The translations under genes were made by a program, and so were the position numbers. A stretch of 64,000 nt of DNA from an uncultured Verrucomicrobiota bacterium (lineage in GTDB: Bacteria > Verrucomicrobiota > Kiritimatiellia > CAIQIC01 > Lenti-01), in assembly GCA_964647595.1 (NCBI GenBank), contig CAZYGH010000016.1, forward strand, positions 16,368 through 80,367, in the 5' to 3' direction. The notes beneath the pieces are model-generated. The model made no database searches. It was given only the letters and a program-made list of their open reading frames with translations, and was not told where the DNA came from. Of this stretch, positions 47,117-57,637 are shown in pieces. The stretch's first letter is position 1; every line of letters begins with the position of its first letter.

Positions 47117-50100
47117 TCAGGCCTCTTCGCGGCGCTGCACTCGGATGTCCAAAGCCAAGCTTTGAATTTCCTTCATCAGCACGTTGAATGATTCCGGCAC
47201 TCCCGCTTCCAAGGAATTCGTTCCCTTGACAATCGACTCATAGATGCGGGTGCGGCCGGCCACATCGTCGCTCTTCACCGTGAGCAACTCTTGCAACGCA
47301 TACGCGCAACCATAGGCCTCCATGGCCCACACTTCCATTTCGCCGAAACGCTGTCCGCCATACTGCGCCTTACCACCCAGCGGCTGCTGGGTCACAAGAC
47401 TGTAGGGACCAACGGCACGAGCATGAATCTTGTCGCTCACCAAGTGGTGGAGCTTGAGCATGTAAATCACACCCACCACCACCCGCTGGTCAAACGGATC
47501 ACCCGTCCGCCCATCGTAGAGAATTGTCTTTCCATCATCCGGCAGATTGGCCTTCTTCATCATCTCCCAGATCTTGGATTCAGGGCATCCATCAAATACA
47601 GGACTGGCCGCATGAAGACCCAACACCTTACAGGCGATACCCAAATGCGTCTCGAGCAACTGTCCCACATTCATACGGGAAGGCACACCCAACGGATTCA
47701 GGACAATGTCCACCGGCGTTCCATCCGGCATGAAGGGCATGTCTTCCTCAGGAAGAACACGCGCCACCACACCTTTGTTTCCGTGACGTCCGGACATCTT
47801 GTCACCCACGCTCAGCTTCTTCTTGCTGGCAATGTAGACCTTGACCTGCTTGATGATGCCCGTCTCGGCTTCTTCTCCGCTCTCCAGGCGCAAGGCCATG
47901 TTTTCGCGGTCGTCCTTCAACTGAGCAAACTTCGAACTGTATTCGCCAATAATGTTGCTGATCTTCTGCTGAATCGGACTCGGATCGATGGCAATCACGT
48001 CATAAGCCGCCGCCAACTTGCGAAGGAGCGTCTTGGTGATCTTGCGGTTGGCGGGAATGATGATCTCACCCGTTTCGCCGTTGACCACATCCAACGGAAT
48101 CTTTTCGCCCAACAAGATGTTCGACAACGCATCAGTCAGATTCTCGGTGATTTCCGACTCGCGCTTATCAAACTCCTCCAGCATCTGCTTCTGCTGTTTG
48201 CGACGTTCATTCGCGCTCATCTTCGTGCGCTGAGGCAAATCACGGGACGTGGTCTTCACATCCATCACGATTCCGTAAGTTCCGCTCGGAACCGTCAGGG
48301 AGGTGTCGCGCACTTCTGCGGCCTTCTCGCCGAAAATCGCACGCAACAACTTCTCTTCCGGGGCCAACTCGGTCTCGCTCTTGGGCGTGATCTTGCCCAC
48401 CAGAATATCGCCAGGCTTCACTTCAGCGCCGATTCGGACCACACCGTCCATTCCGAGGTTCTTCAGGGCTTCTTCGCCCACGTTCGGAATGTCACGCGTG
48501 ATTTCTTCAGGACCCAGCTTGGTGTCGCGCGCACCGCACTCGAATTCTTCGACATGCACGGAAGTGAACACATCCTCCGATACGAGGCGCTCATTGAGCA
48601 AGATCGCATCTTCGAAGTTGTATCCACACCACGGCATGAACGCCGCCAGCACGTTGCGACCCAGGGCCAACTCGCCGCCATCGGTCAGCGGACCATCGGC
48701 CAACACATCGCCCTTCTTAATCTTCTGACCCTTTTTGACGATGGGACGCTGATTAATACAAGTGCCTGCATTCGAACGAGTGAACTTGCGAAGCTCGTAG
48801 GACTGATACTCTTCCTGGGGCGTCTTCTTGGTTGGCACAACGCCATCCTTCGAGATGACAATCTTGTCCGCCGACACATAGGCCACCTTGCCCGCTTCTC
48901 GAGCAATGCTCATCACGCGGCTATCTCGAGCCACACGGGCCTCAACACCCGTCGCCACGTAGGGGGCTTCCGCACGCAACAATGGAACGGCCTGACGCTG
49001 CATATTCGCACCCATCAAGGCGCGGTTAGCATCATCGTGCTCCAAGAACGGAATCAAACCGGCCGCCACGGAAACGACCTGCTTCGGCGACACATCCATG
49101 TAGTTGGCCCGACTGGCTTCTACTTCGAGAAACTCACCGCGCCAGCGTGCCGCTACCGTCTCGCGTTCAAACGAACCGTCCGCGTTCAGCGGCGCATTGG
49201 CCTGCGCGATCACGTAGTTCTCTTCCTGATCTGCCGTCAAATAATCGATGACCGTCGAAGAAACCTTCCCGTCCACCACTCGGCGATAGGGCGTCTCAAT
49301 GAAGCCAAACTCATTCACACGCGCAAACATCGAAAGCGACGAGATCAGACCGATGTTTGGACCTTCCGGCGTCTCAATCGGGCAGATGCGCCCATAGTGA
49401 GACGAATGCACGTCGCGAACTTCAAAGCCCGCACGCTCACGGCTCAACCCTCCGGGACCGAGCGCGCTCAAGCGCCGCTTGTGCGTCAACTCCGCCAGAG
49501 GATTCGTCTGGTCCATGAACTGCGACAACTGGCTACGACCAAAGAAATCGCGAATCACCGCTGCCAACGCCTTGGGGTTGATCAACTTTTGCGGCGTGAG
49601 TTTCTCCGCCTGCTGATCGAACACCGTCATGCGTTCGCGCACGAGGCGCTCCGTGCGGGCCAAACCCACGCGACATTGATTTTCAACCAGTTCGCCCACC
49701 GTACGGATACGGCGACTGCCCAGATGGTCAATATCGTCGATCGTCCCCTCGCCCTTCCGCAGATTGATCAAATACTTGACCGCCGCAACAAAGTCTTCTT
49801 TTTCCAGCACCCGGCTCTCGTTCTTCGCATCGAGGCCCAACTTCTGCTGGATTTTATAGCGACCCACGCGGCCCAAATCATAGCGACGAGGATCAAAAAA
49901 TATGCGCTTCAACAACTGGCGGGCATTCGACGTGGTCGGAGGATCACCCGGACGCAATTTGTGATAGATATCCTTCAGCGCATCATCCGCGCTGGCGGAG
50001 GAATCCTTGCGAACGCTCTTCAGCAAGAGACCCGCATCCCACGTCACATTTACAACCTCCAAGGAGGCAATACCGGCAGCCTGCAACTGCTTGAGCAAAT

Positions 50101-50866
50101 CCTTTGTCACCGGCTCAAACTTCTTGACCAGAATGGTCTGGCTGTCCGCATCCACCACGTCGGCTTTCACCACGCGATTTTCAAGTTGCTCGGCCTTGAC
50201 CTTCGCCACGTCGATCGTCTCGAACGTGTAAAACAATCCCAGCAACTCGTCATCCGTTCCGTAGCCCAAGGCGCGGAGGAAAGTCGTCGCCAAAAATTTC
50301 CGGCGGCGTTTTTTGCGGTCTAAATAAATATTCAGCAAATCCGAGGTGTCAAACTGGACTTCCACCCACGATCCACGATCTGGAATGATCCGGAACGAAT
50401 GCAACAGCGTGCCGTTCGCATGAACCGACTGCTCAAAGCAAATGCCGGGCGAACGGTGCAACTGACTGACAATGACGCGCTCGGCACCATTGACAATGAA
50501 CGTGCCCTGCTCTGTGATCAGGGGAACTTCACCCATGAACACGGTCTCTTCACGCACTTCAGCCTGATTTTTCAGGCGAAACGTCACATGCAAAGCCGCC
50601 GTATGCGACTCGCCTTCCTTCAAACTTTCAAAGGCCGATTGCTTAGGCGGCGTAATTTCGTACTTCACGAAATCCAAGGTGCAATTTCCATCGTAGCTTT
50701 CGATGGGAAACACTTCTTTGAAAACCGCTTGCAGACCCACGGCGCGGCGCTTCATGGGCGCGGCCTCCATCTGCAAAAAATCGCGATACGAGCGGGTTTG
50801 GATCTCAATCAGATCCGGGAGCTCGATCACATCGGACAACTGGCCAAAATTGATTCTCTCAACCAT
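47117..50866 (-). CDS. rpoB: RNA polymerase beta subunit
   Basis: [45 protein letters not shown] 50866 with an AGGTG RBS (GTG 50875 is an alternative). Confidence 0.99.
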   Translation of the reverse strand: MVERINFGQLSDVIELPDLIEIQTRSYRDFLQMEAAPMKRRAVGLQAVFKEVFPIESYDGNCTLDFVKYEITPPKQSAFESLKEGESHTAALHVTFRLKNQAEVREETVFMGEVPLITEQGTFIVNGAERVIVSQLHRSPGICFEQSVHANGTLLHSFRIIPDRGSWVEVQFDTSDLLNIYLDRKKRRRKFLATTFLRALGYGTDDELLGLFYTFETIDVAKVKAEQLENRVVKADVVDADSQTILVKKFEPVTKDLLKQLQAAGIASLEVVNVTWDAGLLLKSVRKDSSASADDALKDIYHKLRPGDPPTTSNARQLLKRIFFDPRRYDLGRVGRYKIQQKLGLDAKNESRVLEKEDFVAAVKYLINLRKGEGTIDDIDHLGSRRIRTVGELVENQCRVGLARTERLVRERMTVFDQQAEKLTPQKLINPKALAAVIRDFFGRSQLSQFMDQTNPLAELTHKRRLSALGPGGLSRERAGFEVRDVHSSHYGRICPIETPEGPNIGLISSLSMFARVNEFGFIETPYRRVVDGKVSSTVIDYLTADQEENYVIAQANAPLNADGSFERETVAARWRGEFLEVEASRANYMDVSPKQVVSVAAGLIPFLEHDDANRALMGANMQRQAVPLLRAEAPYVATGVEARVARDSRVMSIAREAGKVAYVSADKIVISKDGVVPTKKTPQEEYQSYELRKFTRSNAGTCINQRPIVKKGQKIKKGDVLADGPLTDGGELALGRNVLAAFMPWCGYNFEDAILLNERLVSEDVFTSVHVEEFECGARDTKLGPEEITRDIPNVGEEALKNLGMDGVVRIGAEVKPGDILVGKITPKSETELAPEEKLLRAIFGEKAAEVRDTSLTVPSGTYGIVMDVKTTSRDLPQRTKMSANERRKQQKQMLEEFDKRESEITENLTDALSNILLGEKIPLDVVNGETGEIIIPANRKITKTLLRKLAAAYDVIAIDPSPIQQKISNIIGEYSSKFAQLKDDRENMALRLESGEEAETGIIKQVKVYIASKKKLSVGDKMSGRHGNKGVVARVLPEEDMPFMPDGTPVDIVLNPLGVPSRMNVGQLLETHLGIACKVLGLHAASPVFDGCPESKIWEMMKKANLPDDGKTILYDGRTGDPFDQRVVVGVIYMLKLHHLVSDKIHARAVGPYSLVTQQPLGGKAQYGGQRFGEMEVWAMEAYGCAYALQELLTVKSDDVAGRTRIYESIVKGTNSLEAGVPESFNVLMKEIQSLALDIRVQRREEA

Positions 50867-50974
50867 CCGGGTCACCTATCGTTCAAGGGTGGAAAACCGC
50901 ATAAACCAAAAGACAGGCACACCCCGAGCGCGCTAGAAGCGCCCCGGGGCGGCCGTCACACGACATGTAGGGGA

Positions 50975-51370
50975 CTACTTGATGGTGACTTTTGCACCAG
51001 CAGCCTCAAGCTGCTTCTTGATCTTCTCAGCTTCGTCCTTGGCCACGTTCTCCTTGACTGCCTTCGGAGCGCCTTCGACCAAGTCCTTGGCTTCCTTCAG
51101 CCCCAGGCCCGTGATCGCGCGGACTTCCTTGATGACCGCAATCTTCTGCGCGCCAGCTTCCGTCAATTCCACCGTGAATTCCGTCTTCTCTTCCGCCGCA
51201 GCCGCGCCGCCAGCAACCGGGGCCGCCGCCGCCGCCACAGGAGCCGCCGCAGAAACACCCAAACGGGTTTCCAACGCCTTCACCAACTGCGAAAGTTCCA
51301 GAACCGAAATCGTCTCGATCCAGTCCACAAATTCCGCCATCTTGCCTTCGAGTTTCACTTCATCTGTCAT
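50975..51370 (-). CDS. rplL: 50S ribosomal protein L7/L12
   Basis: EEKTEFTV.L...[25 protein letters not shown]. Confidence 0.98.
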   Translation of the reverse strand: MTDEVKLEGKMAEFVDWIETISVLELSQLVKALETRLGVSAAAPVAAAAAPVAGGAAAAEEKTEFTVELTEAGAQKIAVIKEVRAITGLGLKEAKDLVEGAPKAVKENVAKDEAEKIKKQLEAAGAKVTIK

Positions 51371-51432
51371 GGGTTTGATCTCCTGATCCTTGTTTTTTTA
51401 AATTCGTGATTGTTCTTGGTTTCGCCCTGTGC

Positions 51433-51951
51433 CTAGGCAGCACTCTTCTTGTCTGCGGCAGCCTTCAGCACATACACCAGGCTCGCCAGTTTTTGGCTCA
51501 TCACGCCAACCAAATTCGACATCGGGGCCGCGATCGTCCCGACCAACATGCCTTGCAACACCTTCTTCGGCGGCATCGTCGCCAAGGCTTCCACATTCGC
51601 AACCGACAACACCGCACCATCCATGTGGCCCAGCTTGACGGCCGGAATCTTGTTGGCCTTGGTGAACTCGCGAAGCGCTTTCGCCGTCGCCGCCACATCG
51701 CCCGATCCAAACACCAAAGCCGTTGGTCCCTTCAGTCCAGCCTCGATTCCCGTATAGCCCAACTCCTTCGCCACCACACGGAACAAGCGGTTTGGCACCA
51801 CTTGGAACCGTGCTTCGGTCTCCCGCAGCTTGCGCCGCAAGGAAGCCGTCAGGGTCGTATTCATCTTCGTGAAATCCGTCAGAATCACATACGTCGACGA
51901 CGACAGTTGATCCTTGATTTCCCTAACAATCGCCTCTTTTTCCGGTCTCAT
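51433..51951 (-). CDS. rplJ: 50S ribosomal protein L10
   Basis: MRPEKEAIV...LRRKLRE...NRL...GPTALVF; lies between rplA and rplL. Confidence 0.95.
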   Translation of the reverse strand: MRPEKEAIVREIKDQLSSSTYVILTDFTKMNTTLTASLRRKLRETEARFQVVPNRLFRVVAKELGYTGIEAGLKGPTALVFGSGDVAATAKALREFTKANKIPAVKLGHMDGAVLSVANVEALATMPPKKVLQGMLVGTIAAPMSNLVGVMSQKLASLVYVLKAAADKKSAA

Positions 51952-51978
51952 TGTCTTGTCTCCAATCCTTGGGGGGGC

Positions 51979-52671
51979 CTACGCCGTCTCGCGGGGATCC
52001 AGGCGGAGCCCAGGACCCATGGTCGAGGTAATTGTCGCACGGCGAATGAACAAGCCCTTTGTTGCCGCAGGTCGCGCTGCATTCAAGCCATCAATCACCG
52101 CTTTGCAGTTGCCTTGCAACGCCGCCACTTCGAACGACATCTTGCCAAACGGCACCATGACGTTCCCATTGCGATCCATACGAAATTCCACTCGGCCCGC
52201 CTTACAGGCCTTTACCGCCGCCGCCGTGTCTTCGCTGACGGTGCCGGTCTTCGGGTTGGGCATCAAACCACGAGGTCCGAGTACCTTACCCAATTTGCGC
52301 ACTTCCTTCATCGCGTCCGGCGTGGCCACCGCCACATCGAAATCGGTGAATCCACCCGATACCTTCGCAATCATGTCTTCATAGCCCACTAAATCTGCGC
52401 CAGCCGCACGAGCCGCATCGGCCGCAGGACCATTCGCAAACACGAGCACCCGTACCGTCTTACCGGTGCCATTTGGCAACGTCACCGTGCCGCGGACAGC
52501 CTGATCGCTCTTTGTCGGATCCACACCTAGACGGAAGGCAATCTCTGCCGTTGCGTCAAACTTGGTTGTCGGATTGTCCTTCAGGAACCGGATTGCCCCC
52601 TCCATCGTATAGAGAGTTTCCTTGTCCACCTTGGACGCCGCCTTCGTATATTTTTTACCGTGAAATGCCAT
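51979..52671 (-). CDS. rplA: 50S ribosomal protein L1
   Basis: KFDATAEI..RLGVDP..SDQAVRG, LGPRGLMPNPKTGTV. Confidence 0.98.
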   Translation of the reverse strand: MAFHGKKYTKAASKVDKETLYTMEGAIRFLKDNPTTKFDATAEIAFRLGVDPTKSDQAVRGTVTLPNGTGKTVRVLVFANGPAADAARAAGADLVGYEDMIAKVSGGFTDFDVAVATPDAMKEVRKLGKVLGPRGLMPNPKTGTVSEDTAAAVKACKAGRVEFRMDRNGNVMVPFGKMSFEVAALQGNCKAVIDGLNAARPAATKGLFIRRATITSTMGPGLRLDPRETA

Positions 52672-52680
52672 GGCTACGCC

Positions 52681-53103
52681 TTACTCCACTTCGATTCCCA
52701 TGCTTCTCGCTGTGCCCGCCACCATGCGCACCGCATGGTCCTCGTCGCTCGCATTCATGTCCTTCGCCTTCAATTTGACGATCTCCATCAACTGCTTGCG
52801 CGTCACTTTGCCAACCTTGTCGCGGTTCGGCACACCCGACCCCTTGGCAATTCCCGCCGCCTTTTTCAGGAGCGAGGAAGCCGGAGGGCTCTTGGTGATG
52901 AAAGTAAAGCTCTTGTCTTGATAGACCGTGATCACCACAGGGATGACCATTCCAGCTTCCTTCTGTGTCGCCGCATTGAATTCCTTGCAGAACGCCATGA
53001 TATTGACGCCCTGCTGACCCAACGCTGGCCCCACCGGAGGCGCAGGATTCGCCTGTCCCGCCGGGATCTGTAGTTTTACTATGCCTGTAACTTTTTTCGC
53101 CAT
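52681..53103 (-). CDS. rplK: 50S ribosomal protein L11
   Basis: [29 protein letters not shown]. Confidence 0.98.
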   Translation of the reverse strand: MAKKVTGIVKLQIPAGQANPAPPVGPALGQQGVNIMAFCKEFNAATQKEAGMVIPVVITVYQDKSFTFITKSPPASSLLKKAAGIAKGSGVPNRDKVGKVTRKQLMEIVKLKAKDMNASDEDHAVRMVAGTARSMGIEVE

Positions 53104-53119
53104 AAATTTCCACCCGGGC

Positions 53120-53671
53120 CTATTCGCCCCTTTCCACCTGCCAATATTCCAATTCCACTGGTGCCGGACGCCCGAAAATCGAGACCGACACCTTCAGTTT
53201 CCCGCGTTCCGGGTCCACTTCCTCCACCAAACCGCTCAGACTCAAGAACGGACCGTCTGTAATCTTAACCGATTCGCCCGGCTCAAAGACCACTTTGGGC
53301 TTCACCCGATCTTTCTTCTCTTCGATCTGCTGCAGAATCTTTTCCACTTCATCCGGGCGCAACGCCACAGGACGATCGCCGCCAATGAATCCAATCAACC
53401 CCGGCGTCGCTTGGATGAAGGTCCACGGCTTTTCCATGAGTTGCTTCGCCTCATCATACAAGGCCATTTCGATGAGCACATATCCCGGAAAAAACTTCCG
53501 CGTCAGCGTGGTACGCTTACCTTGCTTGACCTCAGAAACCTTTTCTGTCGGGATGAGCACCTCTCCAATATACTCCTGCATCTCTTCGATCTGGACGCGC
53601 TTGGAGAGATTCTCCTTCACTTTCCCCTCTTGACCCGAGAGGGCGTGCAATACATACCACTTTTTATCCAT
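53120..53671 (-). CDS. nusG: Transcription termination/antitermination factor NusG
   Basis: [25 protein letters not shown] motif [23 protein letters not shown]. Confidence 0.97.
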   Translation of the reverse strand: MDKKWYVLHALSGQEGKVKENLSKRVQIEEMQEYIGEVLIPTEKVSEVKQGKRTTLTRKFFPGYVLIEMALYDEAKQLMEKPWTFIQATPGLIGFIGGDRPVALRPDEVEKILQQIEEKKDRVKPKVVFEPGESVKITDGPFLSLSGLVEEVDPERGKLKVSVSIFGRPAPVELEYWQVERGE

Positions 53672-53693
53672 GACGCCGGTTTCTCCCCCTGCC

Positions 53694-53894
53694 TTAAATC
53701 ACCAGCCGGATCAGCTCACGCAGCACGACATCGCAAACCGCCACGAAACCGCCCAACAATCCAACGGAAATGATCACCACCACCGTTGAATCGAACAGTT
53801 CCGGACGCGTCGGCCAAGCACACTTTTTCAGCTCGGCGTTCACCTCGCTGAAGAATGCGCGAATTCCTCCGATGCTCTCTGCAATCTTGCTCAT
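53694..53894 (-). CDS. secE: Preprotein translocase subunit SecE
   Basis: FFSEVNAELKKCAWP plus one TM helix; lies between tRNA-Trp and nusG. Confidence 0.92.
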   Translation of the reverse strand: MSKIAESIGGIRAFFSEVNAELKKCAWPTRPELFDSTVVVIISVGLLGGFVAVCDVVLRELIRLVI

Positions 53895-53948
53895 ATCTCT
53901 GCTCGCCTTTTCGTATCCAGGTTTCTAGCCGCCACTCCCCATTGGGAT

Positions 53949-54025
53949 TGGCAGGCCAGGAGGGACTTGAACCCCCAACAACCGGTTTTGGAGACCGGTG
54001 CTCTGCCAAATTGAGCTACTGGCCT
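53949..54025 (-). tRNA. trnW: tRNA-Trp (CCA)
   Basis: AGGCCAGTAGCTCAATTTGGCAGAGCACCGGTCTCCAAAACCGG...GTTCAAGTCCCTCCTGGCCTGCCA; cloverleaf with encoded CCA. Confidence 0.97.
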
Positions 54026-54059
54026 GTGGGCTACTTGCCGTAAACGGTCGTCCGTCTGC

Positions 54060-54212
54060 CTACTTCACTTCGCGGTGCACGGTGTGCTTCCGCTCAGACG
54101 GACAATACTTCTTCAACTCAAGACGCTCCGTCTTGGTCTTTTTGTTCCGGCTGTTGACATAGTTGCGGCGCTTGCACTCCGTGCAGGCCAATGTGATGTT
54201 TTCTCTGGGCAT
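54060..54212 (-). CDS. rpmG: 50S ribosomal protein L33 (50 aa, below the ORF-track cutoff)
   Basis: Manual translation: [50 protein letters not shown]. Confidence 0.96.
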   Translation of the reverse strand: MPRENITLACTECKRRNYVNSRNKKTKTERLELKKYCPSERKHTVHREVK

Positions 54213-54287
54213 AATTCAAAACTCCAGATGCGGGGGTCTTGAGGCGGACTCGTTTCCGGCCCGCCTCACGACCTTCCCGGAATCTCT

Positions 54288-55496
54288 TTATTCCACAATT
54301 TCCGACACCACGCCGGCGCCGACCGTGCGGCCGCCTTCGCGGATGGCGAAACGCATGTTCTTCTCCATGGCGATCGGGGTAATCAATTCAACATCCATGT
54401 CGATGTTGTCGCCCGGCATCACCATTTCCACGCCTTCTGGCAACGTCACGTCGCCGGTCACATCCGTGGTGCGGAAGTAGAACTGCGGACGATATCCCTT
54501 GAAGAACGGCGTGTGGCGACCACCTTCTTCCTTGCTCAACACATACACGCTCACCTTGAACTTCTTGTGAGGCTTGATCGAGCCGGGCTTGGCCATGACC
54601 TGACCGCGCTCCACATCTTCTTTCTTCAGACCGCGAAGCAACGCACCGATGTTGTCGCCCGCTTGACCTTGATCCAGCAACTTGCGGAACATTTCCACGC
54701 CCGTCACCGTCGTCTTGATCGTGTCGCGCAACCCAACGATTTCAATTTCTTCGCCGACCTTGATGATTCCGCGCTCCACGCGACCGGTCACCACTGTTCC
54801 ACGACCTTCGATCGAGAACACGTCTTCGATCGGCATCAGGAAAGGCTGGTCCAATGGACGCAACGGCTCTGGAACAAATGTGTCAATAGCATCCATCAGC
54901 TCTTGGATGCACTTGGAATCGGGACCATTGGGATCCTTCGAGGCGATCGCCTTGATGGCGCTACCGCGAATGATCGGAGTCGTGTCGCCGGGAAAATCGT
55001 ACTTCGTAAGCAACTCGCGGATTTCCATCTCGACGAGATCCAACAGTTCCGGATCATCCACCGTGTCAACCTTGTTCAGGAACACCACAATCGCGGGCAC
55101 ACCCACTTGGCGGGCCAGCAGGATGTGTTCACGGGTCTGGGGCATCGGACCATCGGAAGCACTCACCACCAAAATGGCGCCGTCCATCTGCGCAGCACCG
55201 GTGATCATGTTCTTGATGTAATCCGCATGACCGGGGCAATCCACGTGAGCATAGTGACGGTTGGCCGTCTGGTATTCCACGTGCGAAGTCGCGATCGTCA
55301 AGATTTTGGTCTTGTCGCGGCGACCCTGCGACTCAGAGGCCTTGGCCACCTGATCGTAGCTGATGTAGTTCGCCAAGCCCTTCAAGCTCTGCGTATAGGT
55401 AATCGCTGCCGTCAGCGTCGTTTTGCCATGGTCCACGTGGCCGATTGTGCCGACGTTCACATGGGCTTTTGTCCGTTCGAATTTATCCTTAGCCAT
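54288..55496 (-). CDS. tuf: Elongation factor Tu
   Basis: [21 protein letters not shown]. Carries the insertion [20 protein letters not shown]. Confidence 0.99.
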   Translation of the reverse strand: MAKDKFERTKAHVNVGTIGHVDHGKTTLTAAITYTQSLKGLANYISYDQVAKASESQGRRDKTKILTIATSHVEYQTANRHYAHVDCPGHADYIKNMITGAAQMDGAILVVSASDGPMPQTREHILLARQVGVPAIVVFLNKVDTVDDPELLDLVEMEIRELLTKYDFPGDTTPIIRGSAIKAIASKDPNGPDSKCIQELMDAIDTFVPEPLRPLDQPFLMPIEDVFSIEGRGTVVTGRVERGIIKVGEEIEIVGLRDTIKTTVTGVEMFRKLLDQGQAGDNIGALLRGLKKEDVERGQVMAKPGSIKPHKKFKVSVYVLSKEEGGRHTPFFKGYRPQFYFRTTDVTGDVTLPEGVEMVMPGDNIDMDVELITPIAMEKNMRFAIREGGRTVGAGVVSEIVE

Positions 55497-55578
55497 GGAT
55501 TGTCTCCCTAGGTTATTTCTTTTTTAAATTCTTGGCACCGCTTCCGGTGCTCGTTTCTTTCCACACTCAAATTTGATT

Positions 55579-55654
55579 TGGAGCCTGCGAGCGGGATTGA
55601 ACCGCTGACCTCGTCCTTACCAAGGACGTGCTCTGCCAACTGAGCTACACAGGC
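55579..55654 (-). tRNA. trnT: tRNA-Thr (GGT)
   Basis: GCCTGTGTAGCTCAGTTGGCAGAGCACGTCCTTGGTAAGGACGAGGTCAGCGGTTCAATCCCGCTCGCAGGCTCCA. Confidence 0.97.
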
Positions 55655-55819
55655 ACGTTGCGCTCCAATTTCCCGCTGTCCATCGACAACACGGGCACAA
55701 GACATAACGAAACCGAACCTAGGGATTCCCGGAGAGGCTCGGAAAGCGCTAAATCTTGTGTCTGACCGCTATTTTCCCCACTTGAAACCATTTACCGACG
55801 GATTCAAATGTTGCGCCGC

Positions 55820-55847
55820 ATCATACCTGCGCCGAACCCCATGTCAA
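55820..55847 (-). promoter_or_regulatory. Sigma70-type promoter for the tRNA-Thr-tuf operon
   Basis: TTGACA-16 nt-TATGAT on the minus strand, with an AT-rich upstream tract. Confidence 0.7.
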
Positions 55848-55932
55848 CTTTTTTTGAAAAATATTTTGGTGCCGCCAACATTCTTTCAAAAATGACTGAT
55901 AATCCGAACATCCCTCTTTCTTCGTTCACCCT

Positions 55933-56274
55933 TTACTTCGCGTGAACTTTGAACTTTCCTGGACCTTGGTTGCTGATCCGAAATCCCGTCACGTTGCGAT
56001 TGGAGCCCAAATCAATGTCCTGCTTCTCACCCTTGTTAAAACGACGCGCTACGCGAATCTCCGTTTTGGCCGCACCTTCACGAATCCACAAGGTGTTGAT
56101 CAACACAGAACCATCGGTACACTCAATTTCCACTGTGCGGATATAGCGATTCACGGCCAATTCGGTTGCGTCTGCTTTCGATCCCGCCACAACCTCGGCT
56201 ACGGTTCCCCACTCCGCAAACGCGACCGTCCCGCACCACACCGTCAAAACCAATGCCAACAGAAACTTCTTCAT
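55933..56274 (-). CDS. Small secreted hypothetical beta-rich protein (possibly DUF2541/YaaI-like)
   Basis: MKKFLLALVLTVWCGTVAFA signal peptide. IRTVEIEC..GSV.IN...IDLGSNRNVTGFRI resembles DUF2541 (weak recall). Confidence 0.7.
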   Translation of the reverse strand: MKKFLLALVLTVWCGTVAFAEWGTVAEVVAGSKADATELAVNRYIRTVEIECTDGSVLINTLWIREGAAKTEIRVARRFNKGEKQDIDLGSNRNVTGFRISNQGPGKFKVHAK

Positions 56275-56381
56275 CCTTTTCTCCAGTTTGTGTTCAGACC
56301 CAAAGTCCAATTCGTGCGTACCTCTACCACAAGCCACGCCCCCACGCAAATCCTTCTTGCGCGCCGCCCCACCCCCTTAAA

Positions 56382-56407
56382 CTATCACAATTAATTAACT
56401 GTGATAG
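56382..56407. promoter_or_regulatory. 26 bp near-perfect AT-rich palindrome CTATCACAATTAATTAACTGTGATAG
   Basis: One mismatched pair; lies 6 bp from the second triple-palindrome copy. Confidence 0.55.
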
Positions 56408-56413
56408 CTCACG

Positions 56414-56485
56414 TTTTCCACGCAATGGAAAAATGTTTCGCGATTTTTCCACACAATGGAAAAAATGTTTCCACACTGTGGAAAA
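56414..56485. repeat. 72 bp triple-palindrome element, copy 2 (inverted relative to copy 1)
   Basis: Units at 56414, 56445 and 56467. 65/72 identical to the reverse complement of 17757-17828; the last 42 nt are identical. Confidence 0.9.
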
Positions 56486-56572
56486 CTGTTGTCCCCCTTC
56501 TTGGCCCGATGAAGAGGAGCCCCATCTTTTGGCTGGCCTCGATCCCGTGTTTTGCGCCATAAGGAACAAGTA

Positions 56573-57637
56573 ATGAAAAATACACCTCCCACATCTACCC
56601 TCTCCCGCCCGCTCTATGCTGTACTGCTCGTGATCGTGGCCGTTCTCCTCTACCTCCTTGCGCAGCCCAAGCCCGGCCTGCGCATCCTCCATCTCGATCC
56701 CGTGCTGGCCCCAGACCCCGACGCGAACGGGCCCGCCATTCCAGAGCGAATTCGCGTGGCTACCTACAACCTCGAACACTTCACGGATGGTCTCAACGAC
56801 GAGCCCGAACGTACGCCCGACGTCTTCATGACGCATGCTCGCGGTGCCGCCGAAATCATTTCTGAAGCCAATCCCGACATTCTTGTTCTGCAGGAAATCG
56901 AAAATGCGCGCACCCTCGAATTTCTCAACGACCAATTGGAACACCCTTACGCCTACATCTATATCTCCAAATTGAGCCACTCTTCCGGCGAAAAGGAAAA
57001 ATTAAATCTGGCCTTGCTGTCCCGCTTGAGTCCGTCTCTTGTTCGCCAGCTTGGTTTTTCCAACCTCGATGGCGCCGGGCGACCCACTCGCGGAACGCTC
57101 TGTTCTGAATTCGATTTAGGCGACGACTTCCGCCTGCTGGTCTATAACATCCATCTCAAATCCAATTTTGGCGAAGCCCCCAAAAATCAAGCGCAACGGG
57201 CCATCGCTCTCCATCACATTGCGGCCGACGTGATCTCCGAAACCCTTCAGAACATGCCCAACTCCACCGCCACGCTTATCCTCGGGGATACCAACGTAGA
57301 TCCCGACACCATCCAATTCGCGACCGATCCCTCCCTTGAACCTTTGGCTGGCGCCTATCGTGATCTATGGCGCGGACTCCCGATCGAGGAACGAACCACC
57401 ATTCCTACGCGGCTGGCGGGCGAAACGGGTGATACGAATTTGGTATTCCATCCCTCCGCGTTTGACCGCGTCTTTGCCTCCCGCAACATCAGCACCGGTG
57501 CTGTCTGGCGCGTATCCCAACCGGTCTCTATTCAAAAGGGGACGGACACGTCCAACAATCTCACCCCACCCGGATTCAACGGCCACATCTCAGACCATTT
57601 TTTGGTCTATGTGGATTTGACAAAAGATCAGAATTAA
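56573..57637 (+). CDS. Membrane-anchored endonuclease/exonuclease/phosphatase family protein (canonical active site)
   Basis: N-terminal TM helix; ATYNLE, LQEIE, HLKS, GDTN, FDRVF, SDHFLV. Confidence 0.85.
   Translation: MKNTPPTSTLSRPLYAVLLVIVAVLLYLLAQPKPGLRILHLDPVLAPDPDANGPAIPERIRVATYNLEHFTDGLNDEPERTPDVFMTHARGAAEIISEANPDILVLQEIENARTLEFLNDQLEHPYAYIYISKLSHSSGEKEKLNLALLSRLSPSLVRQLGFSNLDGAGRPTRGTLCSEFDLGDDFRLLVYNIHLKSNFGEAPKNQAQRAIALHHIAADVISETLQNMPNSTATLILGDTNVDPDTIQFATDPSLEPLAGAYRDLWRGLPIEERTTIPTRLAGETGDTNLVFHPSAFDRVFASRNISTGAVWRVSQPVSIQKGTDTSNNLTPPGFNGHISDHFLVYVDLTKDQN

Noticed and set aside
47291-50323. 1010 aa plus-strand ORF, and similar long antisense ORFs (12937-14061, 14287-15831, 39882-41417, 59966-60823 and others)
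   Set aside because: They lie antisense to clearly real genes (rpoB, fibre gene, ppdK, tpiA), are Arg/His/Gln-rich with no family motifs, and are expected shadows of biased codon usage.
54288-55496. Insertion in EF-Tu ([16 protein letters not shown])
   Set aside because: A known feature of EF-Tu in several phyla including PVC; used only as a taxonomic hint.
55656-55819. Possible additional tRNA or sRNA upstream of tRNA-Thr
   Set aside because: No cloverleaf or T-loop (GTTC.A.TC) signature found; treated as a leader region.
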